Source: Octopus sinensis
Taxonomy: Eukaryota
Assembly: GCF_006345805.1 (NCBI RefSeq)
Contig: NC_042999.1
Location: 46,996,001-47,060,000, forward strand
DNA length: 64,000 nucleotides
Direction of reading: 5' to 3'
A program made the translations under genes and the position numbers. The number at the start of each line of letters is the position of its first letter. Position 1 is the stretch's first letter. The notes beneath the pieces are model-generated. The model was not told the DNA's origin. It searched no databases and was given only the letters and a program-made list of their open reading frames with translations. Positions 1 to 13,520 of this stretch are shown here, in pieces.

Positions 1-1520
1 GATGAAAAGTTGATACCAAATAACATTGAAAGTCAAATGTTTTGGGAGCACAAGAAGGATGCTGAATGATTGCCAGAACTGAAACAAACAGTAGTTTGTC
101 TAAAACAGACAGAGGTAGTCATTTCAATTAGGGAAGAGAAGGAAATCAGCCAAATAAAATAGGCAACTGGAGTTCAAGGCTACTGGAACAAAAGATTTGG
201 TGGCTGTCATGCGCGAAATAGCTGCGCAACTCAACACCTTGTTAAATGCCGACCAAGGAACACCAGAGCGGTTGACAATGGGTAGGACATTGCTATGCTT
301 GAAAAACATCGAAAACGCCAATACGGTAGACAATTACTGGTCTATATCCTGCTTGACACTTATGTGGAATTTTAGATTGGAATATTCGCAGAGTCAATGT
401 ACGCACATCTGGAAAAAAATGGAGTCCTACCACACGATCAGAATTGTTGCAAGCGTGAGTGCAGAGGTACCAAGGATCAACTCGTAGTAGACAAAACTGC
501 ACTTAGAGACTGCAAGAGGGGAGACACTGACTTGACCATGTCGTGGATCGATTACCGAAAGGTGTACGATATGATCCCACATTCTTGGATTATGGAATGT
601 ATAAACCCATTTGGTATTTCATCGAATGTTGAGCGAATGCTTGGGAAAAATATGGCGAAGTGGAGGACGGAACCGACAGTATTTAGAACAAGTGTTGGGA
701 CAATACAAATCATGAGAGACATATTCCAAGGGACTACCTGTCCCTAGTGATCTTTGTACGATATTGTATTCAAGAATCACTAACAACCACTTATTATTCA
801 TGGTAAAGATGAATCTTAAGTCAGTCCCCTCGTCAATATGGAGCCCATCATCCACGGGAGGACACTGATCGCCTATACATGAAGCGTGGAAGACTGTGTC
901 CGTATCTAACTCGAGAGTTTAATGAAATACCTCGCCCAAAGTAAGGAAACCTTGCTAGTGACAGTTAGAAATGAGGGAATATTGAGAGCGGTTTAAAAAA
1001 GGGGAACAAAAGAAGTACAAAAAGGACATATACAAGAATTACCCAAGAAGGGACTATCAATCAATTTCAAAGTGGGATTGGCTGATTAAAGGAACCCTAA
1101 GAAAAGTGATCGATGGTACTAAAATGGCAGCGGTTGACAAGGTGCGCCACAAATGCTATATAGTTGACGTTGCATGCCTCTTTGACTGACGAGTACTCAA
1201 GAAGGAAGGCGAAACAAACGATAAACAGATACAACCCTCTTAAGTACAAAATAACTCGGCTATGGAAAATGAAGATAGTGCCAATTATTGTTGGGTCCTT
1301 GGAAACAGAATCACAAAGCATCAAGATGAATATAAAGGAAATTGGAATTGAGTGCCCAGTAGAACTGGCACAACATGTTCGGCTCCTTGCCACGGCCAGA
1401 ATAATATTAAAAATATTAGATAGCTAAAAAGAACGAATACCATGGTGCTGTAGGCTGCAGGTAGTAAGCCCGGTACGCATGCGATATTCCATGAGCTTTA
1501 GAAAAACCTGTGATAAAGCG
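1..1520 (+). mobile_element. Decayed R4/Dong-clade non-LTR retrotransposon (RT plus restriction-like endonuclease), cut by the window start
   Basis: Frameshifted RT motifs [30 protein letters not shown] and DIFQG; C-terminal RLE region YKITRLWKMKIVPIIVGSLE...LLATARIILKIL. The 3' UTR (aaagaacgaataccatggtgctgtaggctgcag) matches 19733-19770 and runs into (CAA)/(TGA) triplets. Many stops and internal deletions. Confidence 0.9.
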
Positions 1521-1554
1521 AAAACAGCAACAACAATAGTGATGATGATGATGA

Positions 1555-1687
1555 TACATTATTTACATTATTTGCATTTGACGGATATTTGTCCTCATCT
1601 TGTTTTTAACTCAACGTTTCTCCAGCCTTCATCAGGTGTCTTGAGGAAATTTCGAACATGGATTCTCATTCCCAAGGTATTTTTCGA

Positions 1688-1690
<3 letters not shown>
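1555..1690 (-). mobile_element. Short (TAA)n-anchored element end carrying a decayed hammerhead-like motif (Penelope-like, inferred)
   Basis: Minus strand GACAC-CTGATGA-AGGCTGGA-GAAACGTT-GAGTT; lies directly against the (TTA)n tract starting at 1690. Confidence 0.45.
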
Positions 1691-1746
<56 letters not shown>

Positions 1747-1751
1747 TTATA

Positions 1752-1795
<44 letters not shown>

Positions 1796-1817
1796 GATGA
1801 TGATAGTGATGATGAAG

Positions 1818-1863
<46 letters not shown>

Positions 1864-2200
1864 TAATAATAATAATAATGATAGCAATAAAAAAAATTAT
1901 AATAATAATAATAATACGGAAAAGGCAGAAAAACAGGAGGTAGAGAAGAAAAATAAGAAAACAAGATGAAGAAAAGGAAGAGTAAATGAAGAAAGGGATG
2001 TTGACGAAGAAAGTGATGATGGTGGTGGATTTTCAAGAAGAAAAAGAAGAAGAAGAAGGGAGAGGAGGAGGAGAAGAAGAAATAGAAGAAGAAGGAGGAG
2101 GGGAGGAGGAGAAGAAGAAGAAGAAGAAGAAGAAGAAGAAGAAGAAGAAGAAGAAGAAGAAAAAGAAGAAGAAAAAGAAGAAAAAGAAGAAAAAGAATGT
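1690..2200. repeat. Compound microsatellite block: (TTA)n, (ATG)n, (TAA)n, then (GAA/GGA)n
   Basis: Directly visible tandem triplets; source of the poly-I/Y/N/K/E ORFs in the track. Confidence 0.95.
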
Positions 2201-3197
2201 ATTTGTATTAATTTCATTTCTTTTGCAGTTCTTGTGTTCTTTTTGTACTCCAACGAGCTACTTAAATGAGAATTTACATTATAGTCAGAAAAAAATCTAA
2301 TTATAGTCTATCAACTTGACCGATTAGCTTCGGCCTCTCGCTTTGTCTAAAAAATATTGGCGTAGATTTGTTTGCATTTGTTCATGGGTGTAGTAACTGA
2401 CAATGCATTGACATCACATACGCATCTTTGGCAAAACCGAGAACGAAAAGAAATAATACATACAACAACAACTGCAACAACAGAGACCACAACAACTACA
2501 ACAAGAATGATAATGATAAAGACATTACTTTTATTGTACTGGAAGTTCTCCATCGACTAGATTATTGGAGCCAGGTTGGTAGAGATACATCGCCAAGTTT
2601 TGCAAATATGTAGAAATTATGTAAATTGATTTCTTGTTGATATACGGATTTATGTGGCAATGGAATAATGTGTTCTGATTACATTGGTTTTGCAGTAAAC
2701 ACTGATAGGATTTCTCTGTAGATAATTGAATAAATACAATTGAATAGGTGCCAGTATAAAAAGGTCTGAAAGGTATATACTGCAAAGAGATAAAGTCAAA
2801 TTATGGATATATGTGTCAATTAAATATTTGTATTTGAACATTTCTGTGACCCCCACTTGTTTTTTCACGTAAACTTTGGACAGTTATTAAATGATTGAAC
2901 ATAACTTTTCTGTGATTATGGCGGAGAAACGGGCAAATGGGAAATGTATTTGCGTTACTATATAAATTTTGAATATCTTCGTTGTTTATATTACAAGCAG
3001 TTGTATAAAAAGTCAACACTAAAAATGCCTAGTTAAATATATGACTGATTTTCCAATAGTCCTGTGATTATTTATGTTTGCTCTCATAATATACCGGCCT
3101 TGCAACAAAATCTCTTATATGAATGTATATTTATGCATGTACATACTTATAGCTATGTATCTATGTATGTATGTATGTATGTATGTATGTATGTATG

Positions 3198-3260
<63 letters not shown>

Positions 3261-3385
3261 GTTTCTCTGTCTGTCTATCAGTATATATATATATATATAA
3301 TATATATATATATATATTTCTCTCTCTAGTTTCAGCTCAGAGCTGCGGCCATGCTGATGCACCGCCGTTATATATATAAAACAAA

Positions 3386-3535
3386 TATAATTTAGGGTAT
3401 CCAGTAATTTTTTGTTAGTTTATTTTCTCCTTTTGTCTTCTCTCCGGGTGGTATATAAATATTTAATGTGGTTTTGAGTCAAGCTTTGGCTGCTACTTCC
3501 AGCGTAGTGGTATCTCTTAGATACCCTAAATTATA
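3386..3535. mobile_element. 150-bp MITE-like element with a perfect 16-bp terminal inverted repeat
   Basis: TATAATTTAGGGTATC at 3386-3401 and its exact reverse complement GATACCCTAAATTATA at 3520-3535. Confidence 0.7.
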
Positions 3536-4042
3536 ATTTTAATAATAATTATTACCTTTGAAAGCTTTTATTCCCACGCTGGCAACATAAATACACACAC
3601 AAATACACATAAATACGCACACAAATACACATATATACACACACACATAAATACACACACAAATATATATATCGTGTGATCACGTGACTGACCAGACTAT
3701 CGGATGTTATTAAACATGACGGGTCACTATGCACTCTTCATCGTTTTGGCTTTCTTCGGAATGATGTCACTCCGTTCGTTGGCTAGATCAACATTCCCGC
3801 TGTTAGAAGGTGTGCCTGTCGCAGGGTTATTCGTTTGCAGCTGAATTGACTGGAAGAACATGAATTGAAACACGAAACACAATGCGGTCTGGGTATCGAA
3901 ACGATGATCTCACGATGAGTGCAGCTGGCCCAACCACTACGTCACAGCCTTTTCACACACACAAGCACACACAACACACACACACACACGCACACATATG
4001 TATACATACACATACACATATATGTGTATGCGTATAAGTGTA

Positions 4043-4427
4043 GGCGTGGATGTGTATTAAAAGCCTCCTTCCCAAAAACATGGTGCCGAGTTCTGTCCCA
4101 TTGCGTGGCATCTTGGGCAGGTTAGTTCTGCTACAGCCTCGGGCCGACCAAAAATTTGAGAGTAGATTTGACAGACGGAAACTGAAAGAAGCTTGTCGTA
4201 TATATGTGTGTATGTGTGTGTGCGCGCGTGTGTATTTGTGTTTGACCCCACGTCGCTTGACAACCGATGGTGGTACGTTTATGTCCCGTAACTCAGCAGT
4301 TCGGCGAAAGAGACAAATAGGACAAGTACTTTAAAAACAATAGGTACTGGCATCGATTCATTGAACTAAAATTATTCAAGGGTGTCCTCCAGCATGGCCA
4401 CAGTCTAATTACTGAAAGAAGTAAAAA
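4043..4427 (+). mobile_element. tRNA-derived composite SINE (family AB: head, core, TG microsatellite, tail), diverged copy
   Basis: Shares cttgggc..gttctgctacagcctcgggccgacc..gacggaaactgaaagaagc and ccagcatggcc.cagtc..tgactgaaa with the other AB copies. Confidence 0.8.
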
Positions 4428-4442
4428 ATCGAAGTTATATTT

Positions 4443-4600
4443 ACCAAGGCTTGTTGAAAAGTTCCTGGCTTTGAGTAAATGAAAATGCAGGAAGATCAGT
4501 TAATTATGGTTTGATTCACCATATCCCATTCACATAATTATTGCAGCAGTCCTTCAGTTTTTTATGATACCATTAAAGCCAGGAACTTTTCAGCACCCTG
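4443..4600. mobile_element. Tc1/mariner-type MITE (about 160 bp)
   Basis: Perfect 18-bp inverted repeat TGAAAAGTTCCTGGCTTT (4455-4472 / 4575-4592) within longer imperfect TIRs; the right end is CACCCTG followed by TA. Confidence 0.75.
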
Positions 4601-5974
4601 TATATCTGCACATGTAGGCTTTATGTACAAATGACTGTTCACGTGTTAGGGTGTGCGATAAAATTGTGTCACAACACATGAAGTTTAAAACCCTGATGAA
4701 AATGAATCCGTAATATTTTATCAAAACAAGCGATAAACCATTAACTGAAACGTCCCTATGTACAAAAATACACTTCATAACATACTAATTTAGTATGTAA
4801 TTGAAGGAAAATCCGTTGGAGATTATAAAAGTCTGGTGTAGAAAGTTAATTTTTGTTGTACTAAGATTATTGAAGGGAGAAACGTATTGGATTGTACGTT
4901 TGCAACGTATTTTAAATTTAAAGATATCGTCATAGTTTTTCTTTAACGTATTCATTTATGTAAACCGAACAGATTTTAATAATGATTACTCTTGTATTTT
5001 TTTCCATTTTGAAATATTACATTTGTGATTTTATAACAAAGTTAGTTTTCTACAAGTTTAATAATTAAAAAAATATTTTACCGGTTTCAGTGATCGCACT
5101 GCAACAATAATAGATAATGCATTCATGGTCTTTACTTATCGTACGGAACTAACACCATGTTCGCTTAAATTATATATGTTATTCAAACATGAACGCACAA
5201 ATGAACGCACACAACATGGATTTCCAACATCTCCCTATAAATTTTTATTCACAAGATTTCGCCGGTTCGAAGCTATGATAAAATATTTATGTTCGAGAAG
5301 CTTGGTAGAGTGATGGCAGTGGAAACCGCCCGCTATCCAGGCGAAGCAGTTCACTCGTTTTTTGTGCACAGTGTCATTCCTTTCTAACAAAAACTGATGT
5401 ATGCAAATTTCATTTTATATTGCTTTTCGCAAAATATATCTTAGACGCCTTATTCGTAGAATGTTAATGTTGTGTCACAAAGAAAGAGGACCACATATAC
5501 AGGGTGTATTAAGTGCAAATATAGTAAACATTTTAAATGAATGCATTATTTAAAATTAATATTTACTCATATTATCTTCACTATATAATTCAACTATTAT
5601 ATTCACCTGCTATTACAAATGGAATATTTACTATAGACAGGGAAACCTAATAAATTATATGAATTTCAAATTTACCGTATCTAAAGTGAAAGCGAACATA
5701 AATACATATATGGATATATATCTATACATATGCATATGACAGTTTATGTATGTATATATATCTCTTTAAGTATGTATCTGTGTGCATAAACATACATACG
5801 TACATACATACATGCATATATGAACTTACATAAATACAAGCATACAAACACTCGCGCGCGCGCACAGACACATATGACCAATTTGTAGTAAAAGAATCCG
5901 TAAGAAATTTGTAATGCGGTGTTTTACTCTGAAATTGTTTATTAGAATGAAAATAGAAGTATGAAATAAAGAGT

Positions 5975-6179
5975 TTGAAATCAACCACACACGCATACAC
6001 ACAAACACACGTACACACACACACATACGCACACACAAACATATATATATATATGCATTTATGCGAATATATATATTTGCATGCATGTATGTGTGTGTAT
6101 GTCTGTGTAGCTATGTATATGCATATAAATATTCATATATACATACGTATCAAATGTGTATGTATGTACACTTGTGAAC

Positions 6180-6227
<48 letters not shown>

Positions 6228-6303
6228 ATATGTATATATATATATACATATATACATATATTTATATGTATATATACATATATACATATATATATATATA
6301 TAC

Positions 6304-6344
<41 letters not shown>

Positions 6345-6643
6345 CATACAGTAAACTAATATGATTTGATATACATATGCCTACCTAAACTTACAGACAT
6401 ATAATATAATTCTATCTTTATATTTCAAGATGATACTGTATCTGTTCGATATTCAGATATAGATTAATAGAAACCATTGAAACACAGTAATATATATGAT
6501 ATATTCAATAAATATATTATGGGTATTTTGCTGTAATATAAGAGATCTAAGCTGAAATATCATCCACTTATATTATTTTTTCTTACATGAATAAGATAAA
6601 AGCATAAATATATACATTCATTTATAAATACACACACACACAC

Positions 6644-6718
<75 letters not shown>

Positions 6719-6760
6719 TATATACATTCATATATAAATACACACAGATATATATAAATA
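5975..6760. repeat. (TA)n/(CA)n microsatellite field; comparable fields at about 31420-31710, 35980-36340, 43555-43690, 45640-46030 and 46390-46620
   Basis: Directly visible dinucleotide runs; (TCTA)n also occurs at 3195-3260, 21435-21495 and 33225-33350. Confidence 0.95.
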
Positions 6761-8130
6761 CCTATATATGGGTCTCTGTGTGTATGTAACTATGCAAACT
6801 CAAATGGAACTAAATCGCATTTATTAAAAATGGAATTCACTAGAAAACAGCCATTTCAATTTTCTTACCATATTTGCTTCTGTAAAGGAAAGTTCAGGTT
6901 CTTTAAATTCGATTGAAATCGCTTCTTTGCACATGTCATAGTTAATACATATTTCTGCCCTAATTTCAAAGCGAAATTGAACATATTTCACAAAGAAATT
7001 CATTCATGTCGGTGGAAATTTAACATAGATAACTGGTGTCTAGCATAGTCTTGTTGGAGCAACTATAATACAGAAACACCTGCTTCATATGTAAAACTTA
7101 AAACCGTATATATTTATTCACGGGTTACTAATATATATGTATCTTCATTCATTTGTACGAATTATTCACCCATCAAGAATTGCATCATAGGTTTCTGTAG
7201 GACATGTAAATTTATAATTAGCTGAAACTCCACGTAAAATGTTTGTCATAAACAGGGGTAACATACCAGCCTATAATTTGACTTCAACAATTATGGTCAA
7301 CCAGATAATACTCGAGATAATTTGCCCTTTCCTCTAAGACTAGTCTTTATAACACCAAATGAAATATGTTGTGGAAACAAGCCCAGTGACTGAGTTATAA
7401 AATAGCTATTATTGACAATTCCATTGGGTAATTTTACCTGCGGCGTCAGATACCTTGCTATCGTCAACGATTCAAAGCAATCCAATTTGGAACACATAAA
7501 GTATCTTATTACCATTTTTGCAATTTGGTTTTCAATACATTCTTTTGTATAGAACGATTGTCAGCACTTTGGTATTTAGAGTTACCTGGTACCGTTCATG
7601 TTTCACTGCTAGTGAAGTGAGTGAAAAGGATAGATATCAAAGTATCTGTTTAATTTTGTGCAGTCAGCATGAAATATAGATATGTATGTATCTATCTATC
7701 TATAACATCATATAAAATACATAACTGAAACGCATATGCATGCATACATAACACAGACACACATATACACACGTATGATTAATAGTTTAAAGAAAACAAA
7801 GAGTATACATAAATTATACATTTTAAAATCTGTGTGCAGTCAATGTTTAAAAAAAATGAATATTCACTCTTTTCTTTAAACTAATAATTTTTTCTCCTCT
7901 ATCGAAAAGAATGAAGTCTCTATAAGGATTTTCAGAACTGCAAAGTACTAAGAATGATTAAACCAGCTAAGCATAAACATTAGTAGTAAGGCACACGAAT
8001 TCTAATCAGAATTATCAATCTCTAGCAGCGCAAACTGTTGCCTGTATGGATAATATATCCCCATAAAGAAACATTTCTTTTGATGAATGTTTTGCAAACA
8101 GGCCTAAATCTCTGTCTGTCCTCTCTCGCT

Positions 8131-8181
<51 letters not shown>

Positions 8182-9559
8182 AAGGTAAGATCCAAGAATC
8201 CATGTGCAGGAATGTAGTAAGCTTTGAGTAGTCGTAGAAGGTATGTAAAACAAATTTGTGAACAATAGTGGTTTATTGGCGTAGAAGGTTGTGATGTCTT
8301 CCCATATCGAAGTTCGATAAACTGAAAAGCGTTATTCTATAGTTCACGGTTTCTAATTGGTGTTAGTATCCATGCGAACAAAAATCTAAATTTTAGGAAT
8401 GGAGCAGGTAAAATCCAGGCTACATATTTCCCCTAAATAGCAGAACCTTGGAAGTAGTAATTACTCAATGAGATGTATTGCGCTAGCAACTCACGAGGCC
8501 GAAGATATATTGATTAAATGAACGTTAAATTGTCGTCAAGGTATCACAAGTGAACTTACAGGAAATTTGATCTGAAATAGGTTCAAAGTACGAAGAAGGA
8601 GAACAAAGAAAAAGAAAAGCATATGTTTGAAGAAATAATATATGGGAGTGTCAAAAGTTGCTAAGAAAAAAGAATAAGAATAAAGGAAAGAAGCAGAGGA
8701 ATTATAGGTGTGCTATATGGTAAGATTGAAGGTGGCTCGGAGAAGGCTTTTGCGAATATAGGCTGAGTTTTACTATGTCCACTGTAAATACATATTTAGT
8801 GGCTTCCTGTATATACATTGAAAAAGAGTCAGAGAAAACTAAAGCGAAGAATGCCAGGAACAGGAGAGAACGACACATTTTAGGAGTGGTTGTAAATGGG
8901 AATTTTTTAGGAGAAGAGAGGGAGAAAGTGAGGGAGATGGAGTATAATGCTTCTGGTGAATAGGGGAACATTGTAGTTCTAAGTAAGTTGGTAGTTTAAC
9001 ACTCAGCAGTAAAATTATATAAATCTATATTAGCCCACATGCACGTATTTTTTTCTGTGCGTCAGTATTATCTTGTATAGGTAGCTTCTGTGCGCCAGTA
9101 GTATTTTGTTGTGTATTGTAGGCGCTTGCATATGCTCAAGTGCAAATAAAGGTGGAGAGAGATCATGAGATTAAGAAAAAATATAAAATATAAAAAATGT
9201 AACGTTAATTAAAAAGTTGATGGTTATATATTCATGGAAGAGCTGCAAGCGGGAGTGTGAGAATAGTTAGGGAGTAGGACGATGGACGCCATTAATTTTA
9301 CTTTGAGAATGTGTTGCATAATTAGATTGTTTCGTTCATTAAAACAATTGGTGAATTGCATAAGAGAAATGACTTCGGCGATTCATAGATCGCATTTGTT
9401 GTCATAACAGTTATACAATTTGGTATGGATATCTATGGACCATTTAAAATTATATGGAATTAAGTTTTGTTTTAGGCAATGTATTAGCCAAGATAAAGAA
9501 ATGCTATATAGTTTCCTTCATAAGCTCGTCCTCCTAGCGCTCAGAACAATTTTTCCATC

Positions 9560-9878
9560 GTCTTGGGTTAACTGCCCTCAAAGTTTGTTTTTACTGTTTT
9601 GCTCTCACTCTCCTGTTCTTGTTACCACTTTCACCCTCTGCCAAAACAAAAAAAAAAACAAGGGAAGATTGTTTGAACGAAGTCGCGTCTTGTCCTTACC
9701 TTCGACCGCGGAGTAGATGAAACAGAGACAACTGAAGAAGGGGAATATTCTTCATGTTGTATGTCTCGTTTCTCTGTTTGTTTTTTTCGTTGTTCGAAAC
9801 AAAGTTAGTTTCTATGTTTTTGTTTTTATGTTTTCGTTCCTCACTGTGTTCAACGTCTTTTTGACGTCCTGTACCTAT
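9560..9878 (+). repeat. Unclassified dispersed repeat (family G) ending at a TA-rich tract; second, diverged copy at about 20325-20476 (-)
   Basis: Shared acaact(g/c)a(a/t)gaagg...gttcg(aa/ca)acaa..agtt.gttt...gtcctgt(a/g)cc followed by atatatg in both copies. Confidence 0.55.
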
Positions 9879-11484
9879 ATATGCATGTATATATACATAT
9901 ATATATGCAGGTATGTATATATATATATGTATGTATATATGCATATATTTATATCTTATTTATATTATTATGTGTGCGTATGTATGTGTGTGTGTGTGTA
10001 TAGATAGATAGTTAGTTAAATATACACTACCTATAAGCCAACAGACGCTTGGACATTGTGTTTGTAGAAGACTTTTGAGAGTTCGGTCTAAAATAAGATT
10101 GTAAAATAGAGGGACATAAAAACTCAGATCTGCTAGCGTCAATAACATTTATTTTAACAGATATAATTTATCATGGAAAAATTTGCATTTAAAAAATTCA
10201 GCCGATTTTCTGGGGCTTTTAGTAACCTTGATTTTTAATGATTTATCCAGTTATAAATCTTCCCCCAATCACAATTGAAAACTCTACAAGAGCTTTCCTC
10301 ACATATTTTCCGGAACCAATAGGTTTCTCTTATTCTGGTTTTTAACTGTCTTCGATATGTAGTTCTTTTTCACTTGTTACCTTGATACACCATACTTCAT
10401 TTTAAATATCGATACATGATATTTCTAACATTTCATTTCAATGAAAATACAATTTTTAGCTTTCTTGAATTTTAATTTGAATATTAGAAAGAAAAAAAAT
10501 CCAAACGAAAAAAGACAGAGAGAGAACGTTTGAAAAAAAGTAAGTTAACTCATGATTCGAAAGGAGAAAAAATTTCTTCATACAGAATGAAATCAATATG
10601 AAGAAACTGATTAACATTTTAAATGCGATTGATTTTAATTTTGATAAAGGATTTGTTCAGTAGCAATATTTCTCTTCAGGGGCATCATAATCCGTACTAA
10701 CGTAAAGGGGACTTACTGATATGTAAATGTGGAAGAATTTCCAAAATGTTAACTATTTCCAATGCTTCATATACAGATTCTGAATAGTTGAAATATAAAA
10801 TTAAATTATTGAATTATTAACCAAATTCTATATAATCTTCACTTTTCTATTAATGATAATAAGGCATATATACTTCATTATGGTTTTTAGAGATTAAACT
10901 ATTTATTCCTTTCTATGATGTTCTACTCTATTGATTATAATATTATTTTTATAATAACCTTCATGTAAGTAAGGCTAATTATTGTACCCCTAGACTTTTA
11001 TATTATCTTATATATAATAGCACAGGTAACTTCAGAACTTATAATATAATTCTTAGATTATAATTAGTATATAGTTAGCATAGTCTATCGCCCCAGTATT
11101 CTTTTAATAAATGCCATTAAATGCCAGTGATCAATCTTCATAAATACCACCTAATAAGTAAATATTAAAGTATATCAATAAATATTAAACTAACTCTATG
11201 TAATTTTTCTCTCTCTCTATTGTTGTAAAGTTTAGTATATACTCAAAATTATCCAAAAAGTTATCCTGTTTGGTTATAATATTTTCTGAATATTTTTATT
11301 GATAACCCTAAATTTTATCTTTATATGATATAGCAATAATTTTTAAATCAATCAACTATAGTAACCCATTATAAAATTTTCCCCTGTATTATCATCCTTG
11401 GTTTTATGAGAGCCTTGCCACTTTAACTGGTAATTAACATCTTGATTTAAGATCTTCCTTTACCAAATTTCGTTATAGCCAGTA

Positions 11485-11745
11485 TGCACTGTGGCCTCGA
11501 TAAATGTGCAAAAGCTACCTTTAGCAAAGAAAAAAATAACAAAAACATCCAGTTTTAATCTTGAGCAGCAGAATGTCCTAAAGACGTTACAACCAGTGAA
11601 GAGCCACAAATACCTAGGGGTATTTGAAGGTGACGGAATCAAACATTCAGTGGTGAGGGAAAGGATCAGAAGAGACTGTTATCTCAGGGTAAGGGCAATA
11701 CTGAATGCGAGAAGCAGGATCGAAGCGATCAATGCTGTAGGCAGA
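11485..11745 (+). mobile_element. Internal fragment of an R4/Dong-clade LINE
   Basis: CGLDKCAKATF followed by KSHKYLGVFEGDGIKHSVVRERIRRDCYLRVRAIL..NARSRIEAINAV, the post-RT region that is also present in the other copies. Confidence 0.8.
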
Positions 11746-11789
11746 AAGCCTGAAATTTCATGGAAGAGGAATTGTCGATTACATTGACT

Positions 11790-11925
11790 CCAGTGCATAA
11801 ATGGTACTAAGTTGATCGACATCGAATGGATGAAAGGCAAAGTTGACTCCGGCGGAAATTGAACGCAGAACGTAGCTGCTAAGCATTTCGTCCAGCATGT
11901 TAAATATTCTGCCGACTCGCTCCCT
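11790..11925 (-). mobile_element. tRNA-derived SINE (family C, MetaSINE-like core)
   Basis: Minus strand gttcaatttccgccggagtcaactttgcctttcatccattcgatgtcgatcaacttagtacc; the head abuts (ATA)n. Confidence 0.75.
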
Positions 11926-12173
11926 TATAAGTATGATAATGATAATAATAATAATATTGATAATAATAATATGTAAATATATATATATATATATATACTC
12001 TATGGATAGTAACGCATTTACATATGTATATAAACCCACAGAAGAATCCCCACTGTAAGATATCATTTGATAGCTGATACCCAAAGAGGAGCTTTCGAAG
12101 AACACTGTAAGGTAATTAAGTTGATTACACACACACTCACGCACCCCCACATACGTATATATGTATACATATA

Positions 12174-12969
12174 CGTGACCTGATCAATAAGAATCCGGAC
12201 TGTTGCTAAAGCATACAGAGTAAAGCTGCTTGGAACAGATTGACCTTAACTTCTGCTGTGCATGCGCAGTAAGTTTTAACGTTCTAGCTTGCATCTACTA
12301 TTCACAGCAGTGCTTGGAAGTAACGTAACACGTGATCGTCGCATTGACCATCACAGAGAAGTTGAGCAGAGATCTGCATCAAATTTTGCCAAACGCTTGG
12401 CGATACCTTCTCAGAACTACGCAAAGTTTTCAAAACATTTTGATCGTTCTCAACACAATCAAGATCTTCTGCAACGGAAACACGAGTGTGTATTTTTGCC
12501 TAGATGAAAGCAGCCTTAGCACAAACTTGGCAGTCATAATGGACTGAACTGAACCGTAACTAATCTGCACATTCTCTGATAACTCACAGATTGTTATTCG
12601 AGGATTTCCCCTCGAAGCTGCAGGCACATCTGCAATGTTTTTCTTAGTTCTACTGGTTATAGGTCTCCTAGACCATTTCTTAAAATCGAGATTTTTTCTG
12701 CCATCTCCGAAACATCTAATACACTCGTACACTTGTATGCGACTCGTACACTCCTCTCCATACACTTTCTGCAACTTAGCGTATGTCTCTGAGCAGGTAT
12801 CGCCATGACAACGTTTTCTACAATGCGACTATCGCACGTCACACACTTAAATTCCAAGCACTGGTCTAAACAGTAAATGTGAGCTAGAACATTAAGCAGA
12901 AGTCAAGGCCAATCTGTGCCAAGCTTAGGTAGTGTCGCAATAATCCGGATACATATTAATCAGACCTCG
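12174..12969 (-). mobile_element. Degenerate, internally deleted mariner transposon
   Basis: Imperfect TIRs (cgtgacctgatcaataagaatccgga / reverse complement cgaggtctgattaatatgtatccgga). Frameshifted mariner N-terminal HTH region: ETYAKLQKVYGEECTSRIQVYE..FGDGR...RRPITSRT...ISYGSVQSIMT. Confidence 0.85.
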
Positions 12970-13520
12970 TTTGTGCATCTATGTATATGCATACATGGCC
13001 GCAGTGAAATGACTGAAACAAATAAAACAATAAAAGAATATATATATCTGTATATGTGTATGTGTCTCTGTTTTCTATGAATGTATGTGAGCGAATGTGT
13101 GTGCGCGTAATCCGGTGAGCCTTTGGGAGATTCCGTGGTACATTGAATAAAGCTTACGTCGGCATTTGTCTTTTATTTATATATTTTTTGCTCCTACAGT
13201 AAGTTCGAATCTGCAGTTGGTAAGTTCGAAGATGATAACGTATTTCAAGCACAAATAGTTTCTATAAAGATTGTTATCTTTTGCTAGAGGATTACCGAAA
13301 TCCCAAGACTGAGCGCTTTGAAATTATACATAAGGCAATAAGGTTCAGAATTTCGATGCATCTATAAGATAATTCAGAATCTTCCATGAATAAATAAATA
13401 GATACCAGAAAGAAATATCACAATTAACAACGCAAATACACAGACACTGAAAAATCAAACACACACAAAAAAATCAATTAGACGCACACATATTCATAGC
13501 TAAGTAAACATAAACACATA

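Noticed and set aside
1479-2300. Long ORFs (103-154 aa) of poly-I/Y/N/K/E/S
   Set aside because: They are translations of triplet microsatellites. The same applies to the IYIY/THTH/CVCV ORFs throughout the window, including those at 35962-36396, 44539-45059 and 60041-60684.
6830-7620. Higher-complexity stretch with protein-looking minus-strand fragments (e.g. YEAGVSVYYSC)
   Set aside because: Stops recur about as often as expected for this AT content and I recognise no domain. A tblastx search would be needed to rescue it.
9725-9770. CUGAAGA preceded by GAGACA and followed by UGUCUC (family G), a possible hammerhead
   Set aside because: No GAAA follows the putative stem II in this copy or in the 20325-20476 copy, so the catalytic core is incomplete.
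10660-11450. Very AT-rich segment considered as a mitochondrial insertion
   Set aside because: Trial translation with the invertebrate mitochondrial code gave stops and no recognisable gene.
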